Shown here: piece by piece, positions 18,472 through 29,164 of the stretch | How the letters are laid out: each line of letters opens with the position of its first letter | Numbering within the stretch: the stretch's first letter is position 1 | NCBI GenBank assembly: GCA_965207225.1 | Contig: CBDBLV010000005.1 | Location: 768,001-832,000, forward strand | Direction: 5' to 3' | From: Dehalococcoidia bacterium | GTDB lineage: Bacteria > Chloroflexota > Dehalococcoidia > Plut-88900 | Length of the DNA stretch: 64,000 nt | Position numbers and translations under genes: made by a program | The notes under the pieces: model-generated | What the model was told of the DNA's origin: nothing | What the model saw: the letters and a program-made list of their open reading frames with translations, nothing else | Databases searched by the model: none

Positions 18472-19289
18472 AGGGTTGGGGGTGGAGCGGGCGAAGGGAT
18501 TCGAACCCTCGACCTCCTGCTTGGGAAGCAGTCAAGTCATTTCTGCCGCTGGTGCCGGTCTCTCAGCTACGAATTACCGACGAGGCCGCCTCCGACTCTA
18601 GACTAGGCAGGGTGTCGGATTACAGCCTCCTGTGATGCTTGCTTGTCCAACTCTACATGCTTGTCCGTCAGACATCAAGGCCATTGTCCAGGGCACAGGG
18701 GTTGATAAGGCAAAGCTACGTGGCGTGTTGATTCGTGCCACATCATCCAGTGTAGCTCCTATCCTCGGTCGTGAGCTCCGCTCCTCCCCCATTCGATCCT
18801 CTGGAGAGGATGTATCAACGGCGGCAGAAGAAGGTGTAGCCATGAAGTCCTCCGGGGTCGTGTCTGCGCAACTCGCATCACCCGGCGAGCATCAGCGTCA
18901 AATTCATCACTCCCGGCGCGGCCATTGGTTTTGTATTTCGGCATTCTCGTCTTCCGTCCTAAGGTTGGCGTTCTATCCACTGGCAGAGCAGTCGCCTTAT
19001 CGATGTGCGCCCTGAGTCCGGCGTTTCCGTTTCGGGACGGAGTGACCCTCTCCTATGCCACTTAGGGCTAGCGGTACCAGCGGTCGCCGAAGGAGTCCTG
19101 ATAGCGCGCCAGTTCCTCCTCGATCAAGCATTCCACACTACCACTGACAACCCCGTCAGTCGTAATACCCTTATGCTCATTGGCTCAGCATCCTCCTCCA
19201 TGGGATGCGTTGCCATGCTCGACTGGGAGATAGGGGATACTCTCAAGGAGACTGCCGACCAAGCGCGCCAGAGCCCACACAGCGCCCAA

Positions 19290-19517
19290 CTACCGAGCCC
19301 GCTCTGAGCAGGGGGGCCGCATGGTCGGCAGACAGTAAGGACAACCCGTTGACTGCTTGAAGTAGCGGTGCCTCGCTATAGATACGGCTGGCTCAGCCGC
19401 GATGAACATCCCTAGATAGATGGGGCTCTCGATTAGCGGGAACCATTGGCAGTCTTGCCGGTGTACCCTTCGGTGCCCATCGGCCTGCGGGTTCGGGTTG
19501 AGGTAGTAGTTCTGCAT
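19290..19517 (-). CDS. small Cys/His-rich hypothetical protein (possible metal binding)
   Basis: YYLNPNPQADG...VH...C.WFP.....YLG.F...AV..AR......GCPYC. Confidence 0.55.
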   Translation of the reverse strand: MQNYYLNPNPQADGHRRVHRQDCQWFPLIESPIYLGMFIAAEPAVSIARHRYFKQSTGCPYCLPTMRPPCSERAR

Positions 19518-19743
19518 AGTCTCAGTCCAGCGGATTACCTCGCCGGCAGTAATAGGGCTTGAGTGACCGATCTCTGCTCCAGTTGACTACCCAGTTGAGG
19601 GCAGAGGTCTTGGTTTCACAAGGATGCCGTTCACCTTCACTTAACGCATTGGATGATGGTTACCGTCAGGGCAGCCGTCTCTGTGGACCGCTACGAAACC
19701 CCCGAGAATATCGATAACGAATGTGTATTGGTGCCTCCGATGC

Positions 19744-20240
19744 TCAGTTGTCAGAGCCCCACCAGATGAATTCATTTACCAAGTCGATGTAGCCCTGCTT
19801 CACGCCGACCATCACCGTCCACTGGTCATCGACCTCCCATAGGAAGGTGGTAACAGCCTTCGCCTCCAGGGCTTTGGCATATGCGATATTAGTCTCTACA
19901 ATATTCGCGTGGGTTGCCCTTCGACACATTCGGTGATCCTGTCGACATCAAGATCCATCCGTTAGGCAGTGTTGTAGATGCCTTTGTCTTTGAGCGAACT
20001 GTGCGGGTAGACCAGCTTTATCCTACCCTTGCTGAAATCGGTGTCTCGCATGTCCATCCCGAGAGTTGTCGCCCACTGCTTGCACGCTGGGCATTGGAAA
20101 CCCCCGAACTTCACTAGGGTGGCTGGCGCATCCGGATTGCCTAGAATGTTCCAGCCGCGGTGAACAGGTACGAGTGGTAACAGCGGCGAGGGAGTTGGAG
20201 AAGGCCTCCGGGACTTTGGAACCGTGCGAAAGAGTTCCAC
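19744..20240 (-). pseudogene. decayed DsbA-like thioredoxin-fold gene with CPAC (Cys paralog of the UxxC genes)
   Basis: GWNILGNPDAPATLVKFGGFQCPACKQWA, a premature stop, then a separate fragment matching the C-terminus of 45963-46364. Confidence 0.7.
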
Positions 20241-20768
20241 CCGGCAACGGCGGAAGCGCCTGGGGATGTCCCGAAGGCCCTCATGTGTCTGATGTGTCCT
20301 CTAAACTCTTGTTGTACAGCGAGCCCTTCGACTTGAAGTCATTTGACCGAGTGAGCTGCTGGAAGGCTCTCTTCGACTCCCGTCTTCACGCGAATGTCAT
20401 GGAAGCAAGTTAACCAAAATCTACCGAAATGAAATTCAATGTATCCTCCTGCTAGCTCATAATGTTCATACCATCCTTGATTGTGGGATTGTCTTCAGAG
20501 GACTGTTACTCCGAAGGCAGTCACTTAGCATAGGACCCGTGACATCCCTCGTCTTATCCTCCGTGTGGGCCGGTTCGTGCCCGGTCCACTCGCCAGAAGA
20601 CCATACACATCCCTCATTTGAACAGACTCGTAAGTAATGGTACCAGCACGAGCATTTCTGTAGCATTACTATTCTCAGGATTTTATGTAACTTGTTGTAA
20701 CTCAGACCCAATTACCACATAATTGCCTCGACCGAGTTTCACAACGGCAGGCTATTAGGAGTGACGAG

Positions 20769-23132
20769 TTGAACCAACCGGACGAGCGAGCCCGACGGAT
20801 ACGTGAGCTGGAGGAACGCCTTTCCCGCTTGAGCGAGGCCAGCCTCCGCATCAACGAGAGCCTGGACTTCGACACGGTGTTGCAGGAGGTGGTGGACAGC
20901 GCCCGGGCGCTGACGTCCTCGCGCTACGGAGCGATCACTATCCCGGGCGAAGTGTTTCGGCGCCCCACATTCATCGCCTCTGGACTCACTAGGGAGGAAC
21001 ACCAGGGGTTTTGGGACATGCCCGAGGGATTGGGATTCTTCGAGTATCTCAGCGGCCTTGAGGAACCCCTGCGGGTCTCAGACATAGCGAGCCATCTTAA
21101 GGCACTAAACATGCCGGATTTCCTGCCCTCGGTACAAGTGGATTCCGTGCTGGTGGCCCCAATTCGTCACCTGGGGGTCGGAGTCGGCACCATCTACCTC
21201 GCCCATGAGCCGGGTGGCGGGAGGTTCACCCAGGAGGATGAGGAGACGCTGGTGATGTTCGCATCCCAGGCGGCATTGGTCATCGTCAATGCCCGGAGGC
21301 ACCGCGAGGAACGGCGGGCCAGGGCCGACCTTGAGACGCTCATGGACACCTCTCCCGTCGGCGTCGCAGTCTTCGACGCCGCGACAGGAGAGCCAAAGTC
21401 ATTCAACCGTGAGGCCGGCAGGATCGTCGACACCCTGCGCAATCCCGATCAGACGCCGGAGGACCTGTTGGAGCTGATGACCTTCAAGCGTGCAGACGGG
21501 AGGGAGATATCCCTGCGTGAGTTTCCGATGACCGAGCTCCTTAGCATCGGCGAGACGTTGCGGGCCGAGGAGATCGTCATGCGGGTCCCTGACGGGCGGA
21601 GCGTCACGGTGCTGCTCAACGCGACGCCCATTCTCTCCGAGGAGGGTGTAGTGGAGTCGATGATCGTCACCCTCCAGGACATGGCTGCAGTGCAGGAGAT
21701 GGAGCGAATGCGGGCGGAGTTCCTGGGCATGGTAAGCCACGAACTGCGGACTCCCCTGACCTCTATCAAGGGCTCTGCCTCTGCCATCATGGATGCCGGT
21801 CCGGATCTCGACCCCGCCGTGGTCCGCCAGTTTGTACGCATAATCGGAGACCAGGCGGAGCACATGCATGCCCTGGTCACCGATCTTCTGGACGTGGCCC
21901 GCATTGAGACAGGCACGCTGCCGGTAAGTCCCGAACCTGCCGACATGGCCGTACTGCTGGACCGTGCGAGAAATAGCTTCACCAATGCGGGAGGAAAAAC
22001 CAAGCTGGCCATCGAGGTGGAGCCGGGTCTGCCACTGGTAATGGCTGACAGGCGACGCATCGTCCAGGTACTCGCCAACCTATTGTCCAACGCGGCCCGC
22101 AACTCCCCGCAATCGTCCGTCATCAGGGTGGGCGCGGTGCGGGATGGCGTTCATGTCGCGGTCTCGGTGGCAGACGAAGGGCGCGGGATTCCTGCTGAGA
22201 GGCTACCCGAGCTGTTTCGGAAGTTCTCTAGGGCGCAGTCTGAGGAGCAGGCAGGGGACACGGGGTTGGGCCTCTCCATCTGCAAGGGCATAGTGGAAGC
22301 ACACGGTGGCCGCATCTGGGCCGAGAGCGACGGCCCTGGCACGGGGGCTTGTTTCACCTTCACGCTTCCATCGATCGAGGACTCCAAGGGCGGTGCGGTA
22401 AGCCGATTTCCTTCGATATCGACGCCCGAGGTGGGAGAGATGGAGAGTCGGGTGCGGGTTCTCGCGGTGGATGACGACCCCAATGATCTTCGCTACGTTC
22501 GGGACACTCTCGCCAGGTCGGGCTTCGACCCGGTCGTGACCGGGGAGCCGGAGGAGGTGGTTCGCCTCGTGGAAGACGAGAGGCCGGAACTCGTGCTGCT
22601 GGACCTGATGCTCCCCGGGGCGGACGGAATCGAGCTGATGAAGGACATCCTCGACGTGGCCGACGTGCCGGTTATCTTCCTGTCCGCCTACGGGCGGGAG
22701 GAGCAGATCGCCAGGGCCTTCGACGCAGGGGCCGACGACTACGTAGTAAAACCATTTTCGGCGACGGAGCTTTCGGCCAGGATCAGGGCGGCCCTGCGCC
22801 GTAGGGCGGTCTCAGAGCCGTCGGAGCCCTACGTTTTGGGCGCCCTGACCGTCGACTACGCCAGGCGCAGAGTGGTCCTGGCTGGCCGTCCTCTACATCT
22901 CACCCCGATCGAGTACCGAGTGCTGGCCGAGCTTTCAGCCAACGCTGGGAGGGTGCTGACCTACGAGCGTCTTTTGGGCCGGGTGTGGGATGGGAAGGGC
23001 GATGACGATGTGCGGCCCATGCGCACCATCGTCAGCAAGCTCCGCCGCAAACTCGGTGATGCCGCAGACAACCCCACTTACATATTCACCGAACCCCGTG
23101 TCGGCTTCCGGATGCTGGAGGGGGAGGCGTAG
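20769..23132 (+). CDS. hybrid sensor kinase/response regulator GAF-PAS-HisKA-HATPase-REC-winged helix
   Basis: SHELRTPL, NLLSNA, DEGRGI, GLGLSI, VDDD..LDLMLP..KPF, C-terminal LTPIEY...IFTEPRVGFR. Confidence 0.92.
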   Translation: MNQPDERARRIRELEERLSRLSEASLRINESLDFDTVLQEVVDSARALTSSRYGAITIPGEVFRRPTFIASGLTREEHQGFWDMPEGLGFFEYLSGLEEPLRVSDIASHLKALNMPDFLPSVQVDSVLVAPIRHLGVGVGTIYLAHEPGGGRFTQEDEETLVMFASQAALVIVNARRHREERRARADLETLMDTSPVGVAVFDAATGEPKSFNREAGRIVDTLRNPDQTPEDLLELMTFKRADGREISLREFPMTELLSIGETLRAEEIVMRVPDGRSVTVLLNATPILSEEGVVESMIVTLQDMAAVQEMERMRAEFLGMVSHELRTPLTSIKGSASAIMDAGPDLDPAVVRQFVRIIGDQAEHMHALVTDLLDVARIETGTLPVSPEPADMAVLLDRARNSFTNAGGKTKLAIEVEPGLPLVMADRRRIVQVLANLLSNAARNSPQSSVIRVGAVRDGVHVAVSVADEGRGIPAERLPELFRKFSRAQSEEQAGDTGLGLSICKGIVEAHGGRIWAESDGPGTGACFTFTLPSIEDSKGGAVSRFPSISTPEVGEMESRVRVLAVDDDPNDLRYVRDTLARSGFDPVVTGEPEEVVRLVEDERPELVLLDLMLPGADGIELMKDILDVADVPVIFLSAYGREEQIARAFDAGADDYVVKPFSATELSARIRAALRRRAVSEPSEPYVLGALTVDYARRRVVLAGRPLHLTPIEYRVLAELSANAGRVLTYERLLGRVWDGKGDDDVRPMRTIVSKLRRKLGDAADNPTYIFTEPRVGFRMLEGEA

Positions 23133-23383
23133 GCCTTGTTGGAATTACTTAGAGGTAGAAATAGTTGATGTCCATGCCGGGTCCCGGGGAATGACGAGTC
23201 TGCAAAAAGACGCGACGGCAAAAGCAGGGAGAAATCTGTTACATGACCGCGCGGTAGAGCCAGTCTCGGATTATACGCGGGTCCCACACACTGCAAAGGT
23301 CGGCGTACGGATGAGGAGGCAGGGGAAAAGGAGCGATCGTCAAGACGGTCTCTTTCGCTTAGTAGCTACGAAAAAGGCACGTT

Positions 23384-23458
23384 TGGAGCGGGCGAAGGGA
23401 TTCGAACCCTCGACCTCCTGCTTGGGAAGCAGACACTCTACCGCTGAGTTACGCCCGC
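23384..23458 (-). tRNA. tRNA-Gly(CCC)
   Basis: GCGGGCGTAACTCAGCGGTAGAGT...TT-CCC-AA...GTTCGAAT...CCA. Confidence 0.97.
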
Positions 23459-23506
23459 ACTTGCCGCTACTTTACGACCCTCGGGTCTAGGGCGTCAAAT
23501 CCTCAG

Positions 23507-24013
23507 TTACCTCAACCTCCCCACCGCATAGAAAACCCCCACCGCCAGGAACAGCAGCAGATATATGTCCACCGACAACACATACGCCCCAAACCCCTGC
23601 CCCGACAAATCATAGAAAAACGCCGCTTGGATAGCCTTTCCCGCAAATGCGCTGGCAATGACGCTCACCGCTGCAATCACCTGCAGCCCCACCCCCCGCT
23701 TCCGGTTCGCCACCCTCGATATTCCCTCCCCAATCGCCACCCCCACTATGATCGACGTGATGATCGAAGCGAACGGTATCCCCCGCAGCAGCGCCCACAC
23801 CACCCCTCCACCCAGCGCCAACCCGAGCCCTGCGCCCGCAGCCTTCAGGTAGTAGACCTTGCCTACATCATAGATAGGCGAACGCCGTACATTCGCACAC
23901 TGCTTGCACCTCGCCCCGACGGGCGTATGAATAAGACACTTCGGGCAGATCGCCTTGTCGCATTTGCTGCAGCTGAGGTAAGTCTCGACGTTTGGATGCG
24001 TTGCACACTGCAT
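23507..24013 (-). CDS. B-box-like Zn-finger membrane protein
   Basis: CATHP..ET.L.CSKC...IC..C....PVG.RC..C followed by hydrophobic helices. Confidence 0.8.
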   Translation of the reverse strand: MQCATHPNVETYLSCSKCDKAICPKCLIHTPVGARCKQCANVRRSPIYDVGKVYYLKAAGAGLGLALGGGVVWALLRGIPFASIITSIIVGVAIGEGISRVANRKRGVGLQVIAAVSVIASAFAGKAIQAAFFYDLSGQGFGAYVLSVDIYLLLFLAVGVFYAVGRLR

Positions 24014-24046
24014 AGGATCGAGGTTTAAGATCGAGTAGTAGGCGAA

Positions 24047-24490
24047 CTAGGCCAGATCGCCCAGGGCGAACGTAAGCTCCCCCGACGCCACCGTCTTCCC
24101 GCCCACCTTCGCTTCTGCTTTCGCCTTCCCTACCGTTCCCCTCATCCTCTCCAGCGACACCTCCATCACCAGCGCGTCCCCCGGCCTCACCGGCCTGCGG
24201 AACCGGAACGAATCTATCCCCGCAAAATACCCCACCTTCCCCCGGTTCTGCTCCAGGCTCAGCAGCGCCACCGACCCCACCTGCGCCAAAGCCTCCACGA
24301 TAAGCACCCCCGGCATGATCGGATAGCCGGGAAAGTGCCCCTGGAAGAAGGGCTCGTTGATGCTCACGTTCTTCAGCCCCACCGCCCGTGCCCCGGGCTC
24401 CAGCTCCGTTATCCGGTCCACCATAAGGAACGGATACCTGTGAGGCAGCAGGTCCTGGATCTCCTGCGCCGAAAGTTCCGTCCCGCTCAC
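24047..24490 (-). CDS. fabZ: 3-hydroxyacyl-ACP dehydratase
   Basis: [34 protein letters not shown]. Confidence 0.97.
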   Translation of the reverse strand: MSGTELSAQEIQDLLPHRYPFLMVDRITELEPGARAVGLKNVSINEPFFQGHFPGYPIMPGVLIVEALAQVGSVALLSLEQNRGKVGYFAGIDSFRFRRPVRPGDALVMEVSLERMRGTVGKAKAEAKVGGKTVASGELTFALGDLA

Positions 24491-24491
24491 C

Positions 24492-25325
24492 CTATCCGCC
24501 TTTCGAGTTCCCGATTTCCAACAACCTGTGCACCGACGACTCCGGCACGTCCACGTCTCCCAGGTCGATGTCGGGCCCCAGCCCCGGGCCGTGATAGTCG
24601 CTCCCTCCGCAGGGGATCAGTTCGTATTTGTCTGCCAGCCGTTTCATCCGTGAAATCATCTCCGGAGTGTACCTTGCGTAGTACACTTCCATGCCCGCAA
24701 GCCCTTCCGCCTTCATGCTAGGAACAAGCGACTCGACGTTCCGCGTAAAGCTCGGGTGCGCCAGCACCGCCTTCCCCCCGACCGACTGTATCAGCCGTAT
24801 CGCATCCCCTGGCTTCAGCTTCTCCCGACCCACGTATGCAGGTCTTCCGTTACCTAGGTACAGGTCAAACGCCTCCTGCACCGACCCCACGTGACCCCTC
24901 TCCTCAAGAGCCTGCGCTACGTGCGGCCTCCCCACCGCCCCGTCCCCCGCTATCTCCTTCACCCTCTCCCAGTCCACTTCCACCCCCAGCTTCGCCAGCT
25001 TCTCCACCATCTCCCGCGCCCGACCCACCCGGCCATCCCTGAACTTCTTCATCTCCTCCTGGAAACCCGAGTCTTCATAAGTGTCCAGGTATCCGAGAAT
25101 GTGTACCTCGCTGCCCTTCACGTCGGCGCTAAGCTCGACGCCCGGAATGACGGTCAAGGAAGGATACCGCCCTGAGCGGCCCACGGCCCGCTCCAGACCG
25201 TCCGTAGAGTCGTGGTCCGTGATTGCAAGGAAATGGAGCCCCTTGCGGGCCGCATGATCGACCAGCTCTTCCGGGGTCAGCACCCCGTCCGAAACTGTCG
25301 TGTGGCTGTGCAGGTCGACGTGCAA
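24492..25325 (-). CDS. PHP-domain phosphoesterase (TrpH/YciV-like)
   Basis: DLHSHT..SDG, AITDHD, GRPHVA, LAHP, GGSDYHG. Confidence 0.92.
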   Translation of the reverse strand: MHVDLHSHTTVSDGVLTPEELVDHAARKGLHFLAITDHDSTDGLERAVGRSGRYPSLTVIPGVELSADVKGSEVHILGYLDTYEDSGFQEEMKKFRDGRVGRAREMVEKLAKLGVEVDWERVKEIAGDGAVGRPHVAQALEERGHVGSVQEAFDLYLGNGRPAYVGREKLKPGDAIRLIQSVGGKAVLAHPSFTRNVESLVPSMKAEGLAGMEVYYARYTPEMISRMKRLADKYELIPCGGSDYHGPGLGPDIDLGDVDVPESSVHRLLEIGNSKGG

Positions 25326-25328
25326 GGC

Positions 25329-26096
25329 TCAGGCTATCCTTCGGTCGATTCGTTCAATGGCCGTGGCCTTCCCCGTAGTCCCGTCGATGTCTATCAACAC
25401 CGAACTGAAACGCACCGGGCCCTTGGCCACGCTCATCCGCTGGTTCATCTGCGTAAGAAACCGCTCAATGATCGGCGGTGGGTCATCCCCTATGATCGAC
25501 TCCGAAGGCCCGACCATCCCCAGGTCCGTCACGTACGCCGTCCCCTCCGGCAGGATCATCGTATCCACAGTCCCCACGTGCGTATGAGTCCCCACCACCG
25601 CGCTCACCCGACCGTTCAGGTACCACCCCATCGCTCCCTTCTCGGACGTCGCCTCCCCGTGAAAGTCCACCAGCGTCACCTTAGGCAGCTCCCGAGACCC
25701 GTTCAGCAGCCCGTCCATCGCCCTGAACGGGCAGTCGTAGTCCCTCATAAACACCCGGCCAATCAGGTTTACCACCAGCACGTCCTGCACAATCAGGCAC
25801 CCGCGCCCCGGCAAGTCCGGCGGGAAATTCAGCGGCCTGAGTATCGGCGCATCAGTGTCCAGGTATTCGATGATCTCCTGCTGGTCCCAGATGTGGTTCC
25901 CGGTCGTAATCACGTCCACCCCGGCCGAGAGAAGCTGCTCTGCGGTCTGGGGCGTGATCCCGAACCCCCCCGCCGCATTCTCCCCGTTCGCCACCACGAA
26001 GTCGACACCGTACTCGTTCTTGATTCCCGGCAACAGTGTACTGACGGCGCGCCTTCCCGGCTTCCCGACTATGTCTCCGATCATCAGGACGCGCAT
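25329..26096 (-). CDS. ymdB: YmdB/TIGR00282 metallophosphoesterase
   Basis: GDIVGKPGR, NGEN, GNH, DFHGEATSEK, GTHTHV; downstream of rny. Confidence 0.93.
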   Translation of the reverse strand: MRVLMIGDIVGKPGRRAVSTLLPGIKNEYGVDFVVANGENAAGGFGITPQTAEQLLSAGVDVITTGNHIWDQQEIIEYLDTDAPILRPLNFPPDLPGRGCLIVQDVLVVNLIGRVFMRDYDCPFRAMDGLLNGSRELPKVTLVDFHGEATSEKGAMGWYLNGRVSAVVGTHTHVGTVDTMILPEGTAYVTDLGMVGPSESIIGDDPPPIIERFLTQMNQRMSVAKGPVRFSSVLIDIDGTTGKATAIERIDRRIA

Positions 26097-26184
26097 CTAT
26101 ATCTCTCTGTTTCCAAGCTGTATGCGCGCCTCACCGTTGCGCTCATAGTCCTGCTGTGAAGTGGACGGGGACGCCGCCGAATTA

Positions 26185-27711
26185 TCAGCGTGCGGTCCCC
26201 AGCGCCCGAGTCTCCCGCACTACCGTTACCTTGATCTCGCCCGGGTAGACCAGTTCGTCCTCGATCTTCTTGACCACTTCCCTGGCCAGCCGTGACGCCC
26301 CGATGTCGTCCACCTTGTCCGGTTGGACCATGATCCGGATCTCGCGGCCCGCCTGGATGGCGAAGGACTTCTGCACACCGTCGAAACTGTCGGCGACATC
26401 CTCCAGGGCGCGTAGCCGCTTGATGTAGTTCTCCACGCTGTCCCGCCGGGCCCCGGGCCTCGCTCCGCTTATCGCATCAGCCGCAGCCACGATGAACGCT
26501 TCCACGTTCACCCGGTCTTCTTCGTGGTGCTCCTCTACAGCCTTAACTACCTCCGCGCGGATGTGGTACTTCCGGGCAATGTCCGCCCCGATCTCGGCGT
26601 GACCGCCCTGCACCTCGTGCGTCAGCGCCTTCCCGATGTCGTGCAGCAGACCCGCCTTCTTGGCAATGTCCACGTTAGCGCCGATCTCGGCCGCTATCAT
26701 CCCGGCCAAGTGCGCCACTTCCACCGAGTGTTTGAGGATGTTGTGCCCGTAGCTGTACCGGAATTTGAGTTGGCCTACCAGCCTCACCAGGTCTGGGTGA
26801 AAGCCCGTGATGCCGAGCTCGTACAGCGCCTCCTGCCCCGACGTCTTCATCCCCTCCTCCACCTCCACCTGCGTCTTCTGTACCACGTCCTCGATGCGCG
26901 CCGGGTGTATCCTCCCGTCGCTCACCAGCTTGGCAACGGCGACCTTCGCTACTTCACGGCGTACGGGGTCGAAAGTCGAAAGGGTAACGGCCTCCGGGGT
27001 GTCGTCTATGATCAGGTCCACCCCCGTGGCCCGCTCTAGGGCCCGGATGTTCCGCCCCTCCCGACCTATCAGCCTCCCCTTCATGTCGTCGCTCGGGAGC
27101 GGAACGACCGCCGAGGTAGTCTCGGACACCACGTCCGAGGTCAACCGCTGAATCGCAAGGGCGATCGCCTTGCGGGCCTTCATGTCGGCCTCTTCTTTCA
27201 TCCGGAGCTCTAGCTCGTAGGCCCGGCGGTCGATCTCGCCCTGCGCTATCTCTTCAGCTTCCCGGATAACCCTCTCCGTCGCCTCATCTACGGTGAGGCT
27301 GGAGATGGTTTCCAGCTTTTGTAGCTGCAGTTCTTTCAGTTCGTCTGCTTCCGCTGCTTTGCGGTCTAACGACTCCTCTTTCTCGCTAAGGGTCTGAAGC
27401 TTCCTGTCTGCGGAATCCACCTTGCGGTCCAGGGCTTCTTCTTTTTGGGTTATGCGTTTTTCCTGCCGTCTCAGCTCATTTCTTCGTTCGCGGTATTCGT
27501 TCTCTGCCGATTTCCGCATCTGGTGCGCCTCTTCCCTGGCTTCCAGGAGTAGCGCCTTCTGTTTGCCTTCCGCTTCCGTTAAGAGGGCCGACGCCTGCGC
27601 CTCGGCCTTCCTCCTTTTGCTGGCTTGCACCAAATAGCGTGCGAAGAAACCTATTAACCCACCTAGAAGAATGCCCCCAACGGCGCACAAGATGGCTACT
27701 AATATAGCCAT
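26185..27711 (-). CDS. rny: ribonuclease Y
   Basis: N-terminal TM, coiled coil, KH motif MKGRLIGREGRNIR, HD motif LLHDIGK, ADAISGARPGAR. Confidence 0.97.
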   Translation of the reverse strand: MAILVAILCAVGGILLGGLIGFFARYLVQASKRRKAEAQASALLTEAEGKQKALLLEAREEAHQMRKSAENEYRERRNELRRQEKRITQKEEALDRKVDSADRKLQTLSEKEESLDRKAAEADELKELQLQKLETISSLTVDEATERVIREAEEIAQGEIDRRAYELELRMKEEADMKARKAIALAIQRLTSDVVSETTSAVVPLPSDDMKGRLIGREGRNIRALERATGVDLIIDDTPEAVTLSTFDPVRREVAKVAVAKLVSDGRIHPARIEDVVQKTQVEVEEGMKTSGQEALYELGITGFHPDLVRLVGQLKFRYSYGHNILKHSVEVAHLAGMIAAEIGANVDIAKKAGLLHDIGKALTHEVQGGHAEIGADIARKYHIRAEVVKAVEEHHEEDRVNVEAFIVAAADAISGARPGARRDSVENYIKRLRALEDVADSFDGVQKSFAIQAGREIRIMVQPDKVDDIGASRLAREVVKKIEDELVYPGEIKVTVVRETRALGTAR

Positions 27712-27780
27712 CCTTTCCTCTCTTTCTATGTGCTTATGTGTTGTATGCCATCAGGGTACAGTGGGGCCATTTAACTCAGT

Positions 27781-27809
27781 ATCTTAGGGGTAAGCCCCAA
27801 TAGTGTCAA
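27781..27809 (-). promoter_or_regulatory. sigma70-type promoter of the rny operon
   Basis: TTGACA-17 nt-TAAGAT on the minus strand. Confidence 0.7.
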
Positions 27810-27899
27810 GCAAAACCGCTAGCGGACGAGGGCGCCCAGCCTTGGTGACAGCCCATTCTTGGGACCTCTCGGCTCCCCCACCCCACCCGAGCCCCTCCC

Positions 27900-29144
27900 C
27901 TACCCGCACACCTCCAGCGCCGTCGCCGCCAGCACCTTGACACACGTCTCCATCTCGCTAATCGACGTCCAGAAGTTGTCCTCCCCCTCCACCGACGACA
28001 CGAACCCACCCCCCGGCCCGTATTCCAGACACGGTATCCCTGCCTTCCACAACCACGTCACGTCCCCAGCCGAGTACGAGAACGGGTAGATAGCCCCCAC
28101 CGCCCGGGGCTTGGTCCCCGTCACTGCCTCGTGGCTCCGCTTCACTATCTCCACTATCTCCTGCCCCTCCGGCAGGTCGAACGGCTCCATCACCAGCCGA
28201 CGTCTCCCCTCAAACGATGCCGGAGGCGGCACCTCTATCTCATACTTCAACTCCGGGTCCTCTATGGTCAATGGGTCCAGCGCGCTGCGTATGTCGGCGA
28301 TTATCGTGTCCAGCGTCTGCCCCGGCACGAAGTGCACGTCAATCAGAATCGTGCAGTAGTCGGGAATGTATGGCGGCTCGATCAGCACATAGCTCTCCCC
28401 CCTCCCCCCGATAATGCTCCCCACGTTCACCCGAGGCATCGCCGGCAGCTTGTGGCTTGGCGTGTGGGTCAGCTTCATCGACTCTAGCGCATTGATGACT
28501 TTAGTCATCTTGCTCACCGCGTTTATCGTATGCTCCTGCACGCTGATGTGCCCCGTGACCCCGTATGTGTGAATAGCCAGGTGCGCTATTCCCGCGTGTA
28601 CCGTCGCTATGTTCCCCACACCCGTCGGCTCCGGCGACACCGCCATATCCGTCCTCAGCCCGCTCTCAGTCAAGAAATAAGTGCCCTCTCCGCCCTGCGT
28701 CTCCCCCACAACGCACGCCAGCACCAGGTCGCCCTTCAACCCCACCCTCGAGAGCCTTATCGCCTCCGCCGCCGTGATCATGCTCGCCACCCCGCCCTTC
28801 ATGTTCTCCACCCCCTGCCCGTACAGCCTGTCCCCTTCGATAGTCGGCACCGTCGGGTCCCGCTGCGCCCCCCGACGCAGCGAGTTGATGTCCGTATGCC
28901 CGTTCAGCATCAGGCTCCTCCCACCGCCCGTGCCCCTCAACGTTGCTATCGCCTGCAGCCTCCCCGGCTCCACCTCCTGCTGCTCGACCTCGTACCCCCT
29001 CTCCCGGAAATACCCGTCCAGGAAGTGCGCCACCGGCGTCTCGTTGGGCTTGAAGCTGGGGATGCTGATAAGCTGCTTCGCCAGGTCCAGCATCGCCTCA
29101 CGGTCTACGTGCGCAAGGACTTGTTCTTGCTGAGCGTCGTCCAC
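27900..29144 (-). CDS. M20/ArgE-DapE family amidohydrolase-like protein
   Basis: SLMLNGHTD, LYGQG..NMKGG, VVGE, EPT. Confidence 0.85.
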   Translation of the reverse strand: MDDAQQEQVLAHVDREAMLDLAKQLISIPSFKPNETPVAHFLDGYFRERGYEVEQQEVEPGRLQAIATLRGTGGGRSLMLNGHTDINSLRRGAQRDPTVPTIEGDRLYGQGVENMKGGVASMITAAEAIRLSRVGLKGDLVLACVVGETQGGEGTYFLTESGLRTDMAVSPEPTGVGNIATVHAGIAHLAIHTYGVTGHISVQEHTINAVSKMTKVINALESMKLTHTPSHKLPAMPRVNVGSIIGGRGESYVLIEPPYIPDYCTILIDVHFVPGQTLDTIIADIRSALDPLTIEDPELKYEIEVPPPASFEGRRRLVMEPFDLPEGQEIVEIVKRSHEAVTGTKPRAVGAIYPFSYSAGDVTWLWKAGIPCLEYGPGGGFVSSVEGEDNFWTSISEMETCVKVLAATALEVCG

Positions 29145-29164
29145 TGAAGGTCTCCCGTTGCAGT

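Larger units (their letters stand above)
18483..23432. mobile_element. ~4.9-kb genomic islet integrated at tRNA-Gly, bounded by 49-bp direct repeats; no integrase visible
   Basis: 18483-18531 is identical to 23384-23432 (3' part of tRNA-Gly); the interior lacks the host C/G strand skew. Confidence 0.85.

Noticed and set aside
18483-18531. Second tRNA-Gly gene
   Set aside because: Only the 3' 49 nt are present; the D-arm and 5' acceptor strand are absent, so it is an att duplication
18759-18980. Clp N-domain remnant (FDADARRVMRVAQ)
   Set aside because: The similarity is too short to support a call
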